Shown in pieces: positions 41,006-51,909 of a stretch of 64,000 bases of DNA. Origin of the DNA: an uncultured Candidatus Rokubacteria bacterium (GTDB lineage: Bacteria; Methylomirabilota; Methylomirabilia; Rokubacteriales; CSP1-6); the NCBI GenBank assembly GCA_963747235.1, contig CAVVEU010000004.1, positions 1-64,000 of the forward strand, in the 5' to 3' direction. Both the position numbers and the translations under genes were made by a program. The notes beneath the pieces were generated by a model. It did no database searches and was not told the origin of the DNA. It worked only from the letters and a program-made list of their open reading frames with translations. Each line of letters opens with the position of its first letter. Within the stretch, counting starts at the first letter, position 1.

Positions 41006-41876
41006 ATGAAGGGTTTCGATGGCCTCTGGAACGCCGCGGTCGACCGGATCCAGGGTGAGCGGCTGGTCGACCAGCTCCGCGCGCTCGACTTCCCCGCCGC
41101 GCTCGCGGTGCTCGGGGTCGGGCAGGCGCCGTCTCCCGGCCCCCCGCCGGACCTGCTCGACCAGGTGGCCGGGCAGGTGGGTGGCGCCGATGGCGAGCGG
41201 CTCCGGCACGCGCTCCAGCAGCTCTTCGTGGCCCGCAAGCCCCCGGTGGACGCGGGGAGCCGGGACGTCCTGATCCGCGCGCTCCAGGTGGGCGGCGGCA
41301 TCGCGCGCCCGGGCCTGCCCGTCACGCCGGAGGAGGCCGCGAAGGTCCTCGAGCTGCTCCGGAGCGGCGAGTTCTTCAGCGACGCGGCCGGCACCACCAG
41401 CGCGGTGGTCCAGCTCACGCAGGAGCTCCCGCAGGCGCTCGTGCGCGACATTCCGAGGACGCCGAGCCGGCTCGGCGAGCTCGGGCGAGGCCCTGGCGCG
41501 GGACGGGGCCGACGCGTTCGGCCACATCAGCCAGCTCGCGGCCGACCTCCTCGACGGCCATCTCGACCGGCCGCCGAGTCCGCTGACCAATACGTTGAGA
41601 TGGCTCTACGGCAATGCGGCGGCCGCCGCGGTGGCGGAGACGGTGCGGCGGATCATCGCGCGCGACAACGAGACCGCGCGGCTCGCCATCCTCATCTACG
41701 CGCGCGCCCACGGCATCCCGCTGACCCCCGAAGGCCTCGACGCGCTCCACGACGGCCCGCTCAACCCGCGGGATCCCGATCTCGGTCCCGCGCTGGCCGC
41801 CGGCGTGGAGACGCTGACCGCGCAGCGCGGCGGCGAGCAGGGCGTGGTCGGCGTGCTCCGGCGCCTGCGTCTCTGA
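41006..41876 (+). CDS. hypothetical helical protein (frameshift near 41490)
   Basis: SD GGAGG; two protein-like frames (41006 and 41595) join; no recognisable domain. Confidence 0.6.
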
Positions 41877-42611
41877 TCAGCCCTCGCGGAGCAGTCGCCC
41901 GAAACCCGGCACCGGATCGCTCACGCCCGCCAGGCGCAGCGCCCGCCAGAGACACGCCTGGTTGCTGCTGATCACCGGCTTGCCCAGCTCGCGCTCGAGG
42001 CGCTCGAGCACCCCCACCGTCGGCAGGCCCGTCCCGCTGATCAGCACCGCCTGCGCCTCCGGCGTGTCGGCCTGGCGCGCGAGCTCGGCCGCGCGCTCCT
42101 CGCTCTCCGCATAGATGTCGACCACGCCGGCCAGGCGGTGATAGCCGACGAGCTCGAAGCCCGCCGCCTCCCAGTACGCGCGGCCCTGCCGGCTGATCGA
42201 TTCCGGGTAGGGCGTGCCGAGCGCGAGCCGGGTCACGCCCAGGTGGTGGAGCGCGGCCCGCACCGCCTGCGCGGCCAGGAGCGCGGGCGCGCGGCAGAGT
42301 GAGGCGACGCGGTCCACCAGCGGCTGCTCGCGCCCCCAGCCGAGCGCGTAGCTCGACGCGGTGTGGGCCAGCAGCACGATCGCGGGGCGCACCTCGCCGA
42401 GCGCCTGGGCCGGGCCGTCCAGCCCCTCGCGATAGGCGCGCGTGCGCTCCTCCATGCCGCCGGCGCCACCCGGCGGGCCGTCTGACGGCGGCGCTTGCAT
42501 CCGGGCGAAGTGGATGCTGACGCCGGGCGGCGCCATCCGGTAGAGCTCGGGCTCCACCGTCGGGTTCCCCGGCGGAACCAGCACGCCGATGCGCGCGCGT
42601 CGGCTCATCAC
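41877..42611 (-). CDS. maleate isomerase/arylmalonate decarboxylase (Asp/Glu racemase) family protein, Cys-less variant
   Basis: [27 protein letters not shown]; the catalytic positions read LAHTAS and ISGTGL. Confidence 0.85.
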   Translation of the reverse strand: MMSRRARIGVLVPPGNPTVEPELYRMAPPGVSIHFARMQAPPSDGPPGGAGGMEERTRAYREGLDGPAQALGEVRPAIVLLAHTASSYALGWGREQPLVDRVASLCRAPALLAAQAVRAALHHLGVTRLALGTPYPESISRQGRAYWEAAGFELVGYHRLAGVVDIYAESEERAAELARQADTPEAQAVLISGTGLPTVGVLERLERELGKPVISSNQACLWRALRLAGVSDPVPGFGRLLREG

Positions 42612-42612
42612 G

Positions 42613-43211
42613 CTAGGGCTTCGGGACCTTGAGCGTCTTGCTGATCATCAGGCTGCCGGACAGGAGGAAGAGCAGGCTGACCAGATGCAGCTCGAGCCCG
42701 GCCACCACGACCGGATACAGGCTCTGCCGGTGGAAGGCCAGCAGGAGCAGGCCGAGCGGGACGATGCTGGTCGGGATCGGCGTGCCCTCGAAGTAGCGCA
42801 CCTTGCCGGTCTCGGTCGCGAGCGACTCCGCGGTGACGTTGTAGCGGGCGAGCCGGCTCAGGCCGCAGCCGACGAAGTACATGAGGATGATCTGGTCGAG
42901 CGGGCTCCGCAGGCCCGCCGCGAACGCGATGCCCGCCGGGGCCACGCCGAACGAGATCACGTCGGCCAGGGAGTCCAGCTCGCGCCCCAGCGGCGAGGCG
43001 TGGTGCCGCCAGCGCGCGATGCGCCCGTCGAGCACGTCGAAGAGCAGGGCCAGCACGACGAGCGCGGCCGCGAGGTCCAGGCGCCAGCGCTCCCGCCGGC
43101 GAGGAAACGCATGGCCTGGAACAGGGCGGCGACGCCGCAGAAGCCGTTGGCGATGGTGAAGAAATCCGCCAGGTGAAAGTTGCGGATCATCGAGAAGTGC
43201 CGGCCGGGCAT
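42613..43211 (-). CDS. pssA: CDP-diacylglycerol--serine O-phosphatidyltransferase (frameshift near 43090)
   Basis: DVLDGRIAR...[30 protein letters not shown]. Confidence 0.88.
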
Positions 43212-43220
43212 CGGGACGGC

Positions 43221-44423
43221 CTACCGCGCCGAGTCGGCCGGGGGGCCGGCGGGCTCGACGCCGACCATGCGGACGAAGTTCGCGACCAGCCCGGGGCTGT
43301 GGAAGGTGCCCACGCGCTCGGTGAGCACGCTCACCGCGAACTGGCGAGAGCGCGCCTTCGCGTACGGGCGCGTGGTGCAGATCGCGTCGTAGACGTCGGA
43401 GATGGAGGTCATCTGGCTGGCCAGGGTGGGCCGGCGGCCGATGCGCGGCACCGGGTAGTTCGGCTGGCCGTCGAAGCGCATGTGGTGCTCGTAGGCCACC
43501 AGGATCGCGAGCGGATGGCTGCCCTCGACGCCGCAGAGGTGGGTGGCGCCTTCCTGCGCGTGGCCCATCATGATCCGCCACTCGTCGCCCTCGAGCTTGC
43601 CCGGCTTGTTCAGCACGTCGAGCGGGATCTTGAGCTTGCCGATGTCGTGCAGGAACGCGGCGAGCCCGATGGCGTGCAGCCGGGCCCCCTCGATGCCGAA
43701 CGAGCGCGCCTGGGCCAGGGTGAGCAGCGAGACGTTCACCGAGTGCACGAAGGTGTAGTCGTCGTGGGTCTTGAGCGGGGCCAGCGGCAGGATCTCGCGC
43801 GTGGCCCGCTGGAGCGCGTCCATGAGGCTCCACACCACCTGCTCCAGGCGCACGAGGCCGCCGCGGCGGTCGGTGCGGAACTCGGTGAAGGCGTCTCGCG
43901 CGCCGTCCACGCCCTGCGCGGTCAGCGCCTCGATCGCCGAATCACCGCCCGGGCCCGCGCCGGGGCCCCCGCCCGCGCCGGTCCCGGGGCCGGGGCCCTC
44001 CTCGACGGCGGCGGCCTGGAGCTCGACGCGGCCCACCGTGATGTACCGGGTCGAGATCGGCACGCCGCCGAGGGCCATCGGGGTCAGGAAGCGCACGCAC
44101 TCCTCGGTGTCGAGGCCTTGCGCCACGGTCAGGCGCTCCACGCCGCGCCGGGTGAGCGCCCGGATGAACTGCTGGTGGTAGAGGCTGCCCGTCCGCAGCG
44201 GCTGGGTCTCCACGACCAGGTCCGTCCCGACCACCAGGAACGTGAGCGAGTCCCGCTGCCGCTCCTCGCAGGCCGCGGTCACCGCCTCGATGATGCGCTC
44301 CACGTGGCTGGCGAGCGCGGGGTGCTCGGCGCCGTAGAGCGCGCGCATGTTGATCCCCGCGACCAGGCTGACCACCAGCCGGTCCACCGCGGAGAGCGCG
44401 CCCGGAATCGCCGGCTCGGTCAT
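43221..44423 (-). CDS. HD-GYP domain protein
   Basis: HDDYTFVHSVNV, LHDIGK, KPGKL, EHHMRFDGQPNYP, DVYDA...RPY; the start overlaps (ATGA) the upstream gene's stop. Confidence 0.9.
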   Translation of the reverse strand: MTEPAIPGALSAVDRLVVSLVAGINMRALYGAEHPALASHVERIIEAVTAACEERQRDSLTFLVVGTDLVVETQPLRTGSLYHQQFIRALTRRGVERLTVAQGLDTEECVRFLTPMALGGVPISTRYITVGRVELQAAAVEEGPGPGTGAGGGPGAGPGGDSAIEALTAQGVDGARDAFTEFRTDRRGGLVRLEQVVWSLMDALQRATREILPLAPLKTHDDYTFVHSVNVSLLTLAQARSFGIEGARLHAIGLAAFLHDIGKLKIPLDVLNKPGKLEGDEWRIMMGHAQEGATHLCGVEGSHPLAILVAYEHHMRFDGQPNYPVPRIGRRPTLASQMTSISDVYDAICTTRPYAKARSRQFAVSVLTERVGTFHSPGLVANFVRMVGVEPAGPPADSAR

Positions 44424-46877
44424 TCGGATGCACCTCCGGCGGATGCACCTCCGGCGGATGCACCTCCGGCGGATGCACCGCCGGCGGATGCACCGCCCGC
44501 GGATGCACCTCCGGTCGATGAGCCCCCCGTGGGCGCATCTCCGACGGGCCGGTCCTCGCGCGGGGCGGGCGGCCCCGCCTTGGTGAGCCCGCGGCAGATG
44601 TCGCGGATCACGGGATCCCGGGACTTCTCGACCGCGCGCCACCCAGGGCGCGCGCGCGGCCACGTCGTAGGAGCTCAGGTAGCGGTAGGCGGACCGCCGC
44701 TCGTCGATCGGCACGAGCGGGAACGGCCGCTCGCGGAAGAAGCGGCCGAGCCGCGGCAGCACGGCCGCGTCCCCGAGGTCGGCGAGGGCGCGGAGCGCCT
44801 TGAGGCGCATCGAGCGGTGCCGCCCGAAGAAGTCCCAGCGGAGCAGGATCTCGACGAGCAGGTCGGTCGCCTGCGTGATGCCGTGCTGGCCGGAGAGCAG
44901 CACCGCCGCCTCCGCCAGCCGCGGGTCGGGATGGTTGATGGTGCGCGCGAGCAGGTCGCGCGGCACCTTGGAGTCGAAGGCGAAGAGCGCGCGGATGGCT
45001 TCGAGCCGGACCCGGAGGTCCGCGTGATCGGCGCAACGCAGGATCTCGCTCATGGCCGAGCGGTCCTGCACCCGCCGGAGGAGCAGCACCATGTTCCGCA
45101 CCACGTACCAGCGCGGATCCGCGAGCAGGCGCCGCGTCTCCGGGACGATGGCCGCGCCCAGCGAGGCCGCGAGCTCGATCAGGCGGAGCCGGCGCCCCCG
45201 ATCCTGCTCGGCGGCCAGCGCCTCGAGCAGCCCGCGCGAGGCCGACGCGCCGAGGGCCAGGATCAGCGTCTGCACCTGGACGAAGGGTGGCCCACCCGGC
45301 TGCCGGCTCGCGGCGACGAGCGCGGCCAGGGTCGGGGCATCGGCGATGTGGGCGAGGAATTCCTCGAGCGCCTCGCGCCGCGCCGCCAGGTTCGGGTCCG
45401 CGGTCAGGTCGCGCACCGCGCGGATGATGCCCACGGCCTGGGCGAAGCGGTTCTGCTGGAGCGCGCGGACGAAGATCTCCCGCAGGCGGCCCAGGACGAG
45501 CGGCCGCACGATGTCGGGGGAGCCCGCGGTCATGTCGAGCAGCGTCGTGACGACCCGCCGCTCGATGGCGTCGTCGCTCTCGGTGTCGGGTCCGAAGGCG
45601 TCGGGGTCGGCGGCCACCTCGACCGCGATCGCGTCCAGGTCCACCGTCGGCTTCTGGGCGAGCAGCACCCGATGGTCCTCGGGGTTGTAGCGGTCCACGT
45701 CTTCCTCGCGGAAGAGCGCGGCCATCTCCGCGAAGTCGGCCGGCGGCTCGGGCAGCCCCGCCGGCGCCGGGCCCATCTCCTCGTGCGCCTCGGCCAGCGC
45801 CTGGGCCATCTGGAGCGCGTGGCTCGAGAGCTGGCCCTGCTCGCGGGCCAGGCGGCGCAGGCCCCGCAGCACGTCGGCGGCCGGCAGCGCGGCGGCCAGG
45901 CTGGCCAGGTGCCCGCTCGCGGTTTCCTCGCGGGCGAGGGTGCGGAGCGCGGCGGCCAGCACCGGCTCGCGGACCTCGCCCGGCAGCGCGCGGAGGAGCT
46001 GGATGATCTGCGGCGCCAGCTTCTCCCGCTCGTCGCTGTCCGCGCTCTCCAGGCGAGTGCCCACCAGGCCGGCGAGCGTGTAGGCGGCGGCCATGCCGAG
46101 CCGGCCGCCCCCTCCCGCTTGCCCGCTGCCCACGTCGTATCCGGTGCCGCCCGGGCCGCTGCCCCGTCCCTGCCCGCCGCCGCCCCAGCCGCCCCCGCTG
46201 GCGCCTCCACCGCCGGGGCCCCCGCTTCCCCCGCCGGGCCCCCCGCCGCCCGGGCCGCCGGCGCCCGGTCCCCCCGTGCCGGGGCCGCCGCGGAACAGCG
46301 AGGCGATGGTCTCCGCCGAGGAGCTTTCGCGCGGACCCGACCGGTCGCCTCCCGACCCGATCGGCTCGGCGGCCAGCAGGGACTCGAGCAGGCCGTCGAA
46401 GAGCGAGCTTTCCTCCGGCGTGGCGGGCGTGAGGTCCGTGGTCGTCACCAGCGCGCTGTAGTCGATGGCCGAGACCGAGATGTGCGTGATGCCGGCGGCC
46501 GGCAGCTCGTCGCCGGTGAGGGGATGGTCGCGGGCGGTCCCGGTGTCGCCCAGGATGGCCAGGAAGCGCTCCAGCTCGGCGGGCTCCACGTCCTCGTCGA
46601 TCCGCAGCAGGCCGCCGTTGCGCCGGTAGAGCGCCCGCGCGAAGGCGCGCACCTGCGCGGACTCGATCTTCTTGCCCGCGCTGACGAGCCCGTCGCGCCC
46701 GATCCCGAGCACCAGGGGGCTCGAGGAGGCCAGGAAGGCGCGCACCCGGGCATGCGCGGTGGCGAGCGCCGAGGCGCGGGCGGGGTGGCCCGGGGGGTAG
46801 GCGGCCAGATTCCGCCACGCCGTCACCAGCGCGGACACGACTTCGGGCAGTGTGGGCGGGGGACCCGGTTTCTCCAC
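44420..46877 (-). CDS. HEAT-repeat protein with Gly-rich linker (frameshift near 44630)
   Basis: YPPGHP N-domain; HEAT units DPRWYVVRN, HADLRVRLEAIRAL; the tail frame ends (GGASA)n-E*. Confidence 0.85.
44425..44514. repeat. 15-bp tandem repeat CGGATGCACCTCCGG x6 (encodes GGASA on - strand)
   Basis: Six consecutive units, two of them with substitutions, ending next to the HD-GYP start codon. Confidence 0.95.
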
Positions 46878-46987
46878 GTTTGGAGTTGAGTCTAGCCGAC
46901 CCGAGCCGCTTCCCTTGCAAACTTGAGCCGGCCCCGCCGGTCGCTTATGCTTCCCCCATCCCAGTGCCGGGAAGGGAGAGCCCGTCC

Positions 46988-48227
46988 ATGAAAGTCAGCG
47001 CGTTCCACCTGATGCCCCACCGCGAGCTGCCCCAGGACTTCGAGCGCCGCTACGACAGCGTCTGGGTGACCCCGCCCTGGTGGGAGCTGGCCGATGCCCG
47101 GCGCGTGGGCCAGTACTACAACTGGACGCTGGACGAGCTGCTGTACGCGGCGCGGGCCGGCTTCGACGGGGTCTGCACCAACGAGCATCACCAGAACGCC
47201 TACGGGTTCATGCCGAGCCCGAACCTCATGGGCAGCGTGCTGGCCAAGCAGACCAACGGCCTCGACGTGGCCATCGTGCAGATGGGCATGACGCTGCCGA
47301 CCACCTCGCCGCCGATCCGGGTGGCCGAGGAGTACGGCATGCTCGACTGCATCAGCGGCGGCCGGCTCGTCGCGGGGCTGCCGCTGGGCAGCCCGATGGA
47401 CGTCAACCTCGCCTACGGCATCACCCCGATGGAGCACCGCGAGCGGTATCGCGAGGCGTTCGAGCTCGTGCTGAAGGCGTGGCAGGCGAAGGAGATCTTC
47501 GCGTGGAACGGGAAGTACTTCCAGCTCGGCCAGGTCAACCTCTGGCCGCGGCCGGTGCAGGAGCCGCATCCGCCGGTGTGGGTGCCGGGCTCGGGCAGCA
47601 TCAGCACCTTCGACTTCGCCACCGAGCACAACGTCTGCTACTGCTTCCTCTCGCTACGCGGGAGCCCGCGCCGCCACGACGATGATGGACGGGTACTGGG
47701 ACGTGGTGGAGAAGAAGGGGCTCGAGCGCAATCCGTATCGCGCGGGATTCCTGCAGCTCGTCGCGGTGTCCGAGACCGACGCGCAGGCGGAGGCCGACTA
47801 CGCGAAGCACGTCGAGTACTTCTATCACAAGTGCCTGCACGTGCCGCCGCAGTGGTTCGCCCCGCCGGGCAACCAGGACTACCGCAGCCTGCTCGCGGCC
47901 AACCGCAACCCGGTGCGGCGGGCCGAGGATCCCAAGACGCTCCGCTACAAGGACTTCGTGGACAAGGGCTACGTGATCGCGGGCAGCCCGGCCACCGTGA
48001 AGGAGCGCCTGATCGAGGAAGTCATCAAGCGCCTCAACGTGGGCAACCTGATGGTGCTGGTGCAGATCGGCTCGATGCCGCACGAGCTGACGCTCAAGAA
48101 CATCGATCTCTTCGCGCGCGAGGTGCTGCCCGGGCTGCGCGAGATCTGGGACGACAAGGGCTGGGAGAACCACTGGTGGCCGAAGAGCCTGCGCGGCAGC
48201 CGCCAGCCCGCCGGCGCGGCGCGATGA
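46988..48227 (+). CDS. LLM-class flavin-dependent oxidoreductase (frameshift near 47655)
   Basis: GFDG...NEHHQNAYG.MPSPN, RVAEE..MLD.ISGGRL, WPRP.Q.PHPPVW, LFAREVLP. Confidence 0.9.
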
Positions 48228-49082
48228 CCGCGCGCGACACCCTCTCCCCTCAGGGGAGAGGGCAGGGTGAGGGGTCCGGTGGTGAGGGCCGTGGCGAGAT
48301 CCGGACCGTCACGGTCTGGAACGGCCGTGTGCCGATTCGGGTCCACGTCCAGGGCAGCGGGCCCGGCGGTGGTCTTCTTCCACGGGCCGTGGGGCCTCAC
48401 GTGGGGCCCGTTCCTCGACGCGCTCGCGGGGCAGTTCACGGTCTACGCGCCGGAGCACCCGGGCACGAGCCCGGGCGACCCGGACGCGATCCAGCACGTG
48501 GACTCCCTGTGGGATCTGGTGCTCTGCTACGACGAGCTGCTCGAGCAGCTCCGGCTGCGCGACGTCATGCTCGCCGGCCACTCCTTCGGGGCCATGATGG
48601 CGTGCGAGGTGGCGGCGCTCCAGCCGGCGCGGGTGAAGCGGCTGGCCCTCATCGATCCCATCGGGCTCTGGCTGGACGACGCGCCGGTGATCAACTGGAT
48701 GCTCCAGGGCCCGGCGGAGATGCCGGCGTACGTGTTCCACCGGCCGGACGGCCCCGCCGCCCAGGCGATGTTCGCGGTGCCCGCCGAGCTGGAGGCGGGC
48801 GCGCTCGCGCGGACGCGGCTCACGTGGGCGATGGGGGCGACCGGCAAGTTCATCTGGCCGATCCCGGACAAGGGGCTGAAGAAGCGCATCCATCGCATCA
48901 CCGCGCCGACCCTGCTGCTCTGGGGCGAGCACGACCGCCTCGTCCCGCGCGCGTACGCCAAGGAGTTCGCGGGACGCATCGCGGACACGCGGCTCGAGGT
49001 GGTGGCGGACGCCGGCCACGCGCCCCATCTGGAGGAGCCCGACGCCACCGCGCGGGTCGTCCAGGCCTTCCTCAAGGCCTGA
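48224..49082 (+). CDS. alpha/beta hydrolase (frameshift near 48362) with N-terminal palindromic insert
   Basis: FFHG, PEHPG, GHSFG, WGEHD, GHAPHLE; ATGA overlap with the LLM gene. Confidence 0.87.
48240..48288 (-). repeat. 49-bp REP-like palindromic element, copy 1 (in frame in the hydrolase gene)
   Basis: Reverse complement CCCTCACCACCggACCCCTCACCCTGCCCTCTCCCCtGAGGGGAGAGGG; 46/49 identical to 56693-56741. Confidence 0.9.
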
Positions 49083-49088
49083 CCCGGC

Positions 49089-49993
49089 TCAATCCTTCGC
49101 GTCGCGCAGCGCCGCGCGAACCTTGTCGAGCTCTTTCCGCTTGGCCTTGTCCGACTCGGGGAAGGTGAGATCCAGGTCGTCCAGCGCCTCGACGATGGCG
49201 GCGGCCACGATGAGATGGGTGTACCACTTGTGGTCCGCGGGCACGACGTACCACGGGGCCCGCTGGGTGGCGGTGCCGCGGATCGCGGCCTCGTAGGCCT
49301 CCTGGTAGTCCGGCCAGGACTCCCGCTCCGTCACGTCGCCGAGCGAGAACTTCCAGTTCTTCGCGGGCTCGTCGAGCCGCGCCAGGAAGCGCCGCCGCTG
49401 CTCCGCCTTCGAGAGGTGCAGGAAGAACTTGCGGATCACCGTCCCGTTGCGGGCGAGGTACCGCTCGTGCGCGTTGATGTCCTCGTAGCGCTCGTCCCAG
49501 ATGTGCTTGCCCACGAGCGGCTCGGGGAGGCGCTCGGCCGCGAGGAGCTTCGGATGCACGCGGGTCACCACGACCTCCTCGTAGTAGGAGCGATTGAAGA
49601 TGCCGATCCGGCCGCGCTCCGGGCACGCGGTGTGGGTCCGCCAGAGGAAGTCGTGGTCGAGCTCTGGTGGGCTCGGCTGCCTTGAAGGAGTGCACGTCGC
49701 AGCCCTGGGGATTGACGCCGGACATCACGTGCTTGATGGCGCTGTCCTTGCCGGCGGTGTCCATGCCCTGGAAGATCAGCAGCAGGGCCCAGCGGTCCTG
49801 GGCGTAGAGCTTCTCCTGCATCTCGCTGAAGGATCGCGGTGCTCTTCTCGAGGAGCTTCTCGGCGTGGGCCTGCGACTTCACCCCGCTCGTGTCGGCCGG
49901 ATCCACGTCCTCGAGCCGGAACTTGCGTCCGTTCCGCACGCGGTACCGCTCGGCCAGACGGGACATCTCCTTGAGCGCCCGGCGGGTCTTCAT
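49089..49993 (-). CDS. ppk2: polyphosphate kinase 2 family protein (several frameshifts)
   Basis: [51 protein letters not shown]. Confidence 0.9.
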
Positions 49994-50082
49994 GACCAGG
50001 CCAGTCTAGCCCGGGCTTGCCTTCCCCGCATCGACTCGACTATTCTTGGCCACCCCAGTGACAACCCGGCAAGGAGGCCGCC

Positions 50083-51501
50083 ATGAGTCGCACTAAGCCC
50101 GTCGCCAGCAATAGCCTGACCGTCCGTCTCCGTCTCGCCAACAAGCCGGGCATGCTCGGCCGGATCACCTCCGCCATCGGCGAGGCCGGCGGCGACATCG
50201 GGGCGGTGGACGTGGTGGAGGCCGGCCAGAAGGAGATGACCCGGGACATCACCTTCAAGGCCTCCGACGAGGCTCACGGGCAGGCCATCGTCGACCGCCT
50301 GCGGCAGGAGCCGGACGTCACGGTGGTCAACGTCTCCGACCGCACGTTCCTCATGCACCTGGGCGGCAAGATCGAGGTCAACGGCCGGGTGGCGGTGAAG
50401 ACCCGCGATGACCTCTCGATGGCCTACACCCCGGGCGTCGCGCGCGTCTGCATGGCCATCCACGCCGATCCGGAGAAGGTCTACAACCTCACGATCAAGC
50501 AGCACACGGTGGCGGTGGTCACCGACGGCTCCGCGGTGCTGGGCCTGGGCGACATCGGGCCGGCGGCGGCGCTGCCGGTCATGGAAGGCAAGTGCCTCAT
50601 CTTCAAGGCGTTCGCGGGTGTGGACGCCTTCCCGATCGCGCTCGACACCAAGAACGTGGACGAGATCGTGCGCACCGTGAAGGCGATCGCGCCGGTCTTC
50701 GGCGGCATCAACCTGGAGGACATCTCGGCCCCGCGCTGCTTCGAGATCGAGGAGCGCCTGCAGGCCGAGCTCGACATCCCGGTCTTCCACGACGACCAGC
50801 ACGGCACCGCGGTGGTCACCCTGGCCGCCTTGCTCAACGCCCTGAAGGTCGTGAACAAGAAGCTCAACGAGGTGAAGATCGTGTTCACCGGGGCGGGCGC
50901 CAGCGCGATCGCCACCGCGAAGCTGATGATGCTGGAGGGCGCGCGCCACATCATCGCCTGCGATCGAGCCGGCGCGCTGTACCGCGGCCGCACCGAGAAC
51001 ATGAACCCGATGAAGGCCTGGTTCGCCGAGCACACCAACGCGGAGGGGATCCGCGGCACCGTGCGCGACGCGATGGTCGGCGCCGACATCTTCATCGGCC
51101 TGAGCGGCCCCGGCGTCGTGAAGGTGGACGATCTCGGCGCGATGCACCGCGACGCGATCGTCTTCGCGATGGCCAACCCGACCCCCGAGATCATGCCGGA
51201 GGAGGCGGGGAAGTACGTGAAGGTGATGGCCACCGGGCGGTCGGACTACCCGAACCAGATCAACAACTCGTGCGGCTTCCCCGGCTTCTTCAAGGGGCTC
51301 TTCGACGTGCGGGCGCGCAAGGTCAACGACGAGATGAAGCTGGCCGCCGCCCACGCGCTCGCCAACATCGTGTCGGACGGCGAGCTGAGCGACGAGTACA
51401 TCACGCCCTCGATGTTCGATCCGCGTGTGGTCCCGGCGGTGGCCTCCGCGGTGGCCGACGCGGCGGTGCGCACCGGCGTGGCGCGGCGCAAGCGGGGCTA
51501 G
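50083..51501 (+). CDS. NAD-dependent malic enzyme with N-terminal ACT domain
   Basis: ACT (NKPGMLG); YTPGVA, PVMEGK, INLEDI, FHDDQHGT, AMANP.PE, TGRSDYPNQINN. Confidence 0.93.
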   Translation: MSRTKPVASNSLTVRLRLANKPGMLGRITSAIGEAGGDIGAVDVVEAGQKEMTRDITFKASDEAHGQAIVDRLRQEPDVTVVNVSDRTFLMHLGGKIEVNGRVAVKTRDDLSMAYTPGVARVCMAIHADPEKVYNLTIKQHTVAVVTDGSAVLGLGDIGPAAALPVMEGKCLIFKAFAGVDAFPIALDTKNVDEIVRTVKAIAPVFGGINLEDISAPRCFEIEERLQAELDIPVFHDDQHGTAVVTLAALLNALKVVNKKLNEVKIVFTGAGASAIATAKLMMLEGARHIIACDRAGALYRGRTENMNPMKAWFAEHTNAEGIRGTVRDAMVGADIFIGLSGPGVVKVDDLGAMHRDAIVFAMANPTPEIMPEEAGKYVKVMATGRSDYPNQINNSCGFPGFFKGLFDVRARKVNDEMKLAAAHALANIVSDGELSDEYITPSMFDPRVVPAVASAVADAAVRTGVARRKRG

Positions 51502-51506
51502 GCGCC

Positions 51507-51805
51507 GTGCCCGCCTACGTCATCGTGGACGTGACCGTGACCGACCCGCGCCACGATGGAGGAGTACCGCAAGCAAGTGCCCGCCACCCTCACGCCCTAC
51601 GGCGGGCGCTTTCTCGTGCGCGGCGGCGCTCACCAGACGGTGGAAGGCGACTGGAAGCCGAATCGCCTGGTCGATCCTCGAGTTCCCGAGCCATGGATCA
51701 CGCGAAGCGCTGGTACGACTCCGAGGAGTACCGCGAGCCCCTGGCGATGCGCCTCCGCGCCGGCCACACCAACCTCGTGATGGTCGACGGCGTCCCCCCG
51801 CCTAG
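51507..51805 (+). CDS. DUF1330 family protein (frameshifted)
   Basis: MPAYVIVD, YGGRFLVRGG, EG.W, LEFPS, WYDSEEY. Confidence 0.85.
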
Positions 51806-51818
51806 AAGCGCGCCAAGT

Positions 51819-51894
51819 CGGGGTCAGTTCGACGCCGACTTCAGCGCCAGGTGACCTGCTCGCCACTGGGAATGTCGGAGTAGACCTGACCCCG
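51819..51894. repeat. imperfect ~25-bp inverted repeat (GGGGTCAG...CTGACCCC ends), REP/MITE-like hairpin
   Basis: Left CGGGGTCAGTTCGACGCCGACTTC vs reverse complement of right CGGGGTCAGGTCTACTCCGACATTC; lies between convergent genes. Confidence 0.7.
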
Positions 51895-51909
51895 TCGGCC
51901 GTCGAGGCC

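Noticed and set aside
44425-44514. Repeat array as a CRISPR
   Set aside because: Contiguous 15-bp units with no spacers, inside a CDS, and no cas genes.
46100-46290. G/C-run-rich stretch as a non-coding structure
   Set aside because: Explained by the Gly/Pro-rich linker of the HEAT protein.
43221-46877. 1218-aa HEAT-HD-GYP fusion containing (RRCI)n
   Set aside because: The RRCI repeats are the wrong frame of the GGASA repeat; an ATGA overlap with an SD at 44420-44437 supports two genes.
43173-46889. Long + strand ORF (1238 aa) and similar antisense ORFs across the window
   Set aside because: They mirror well-supported genes on the opposite strand and lack motifs, as expected in high-GC DNA.
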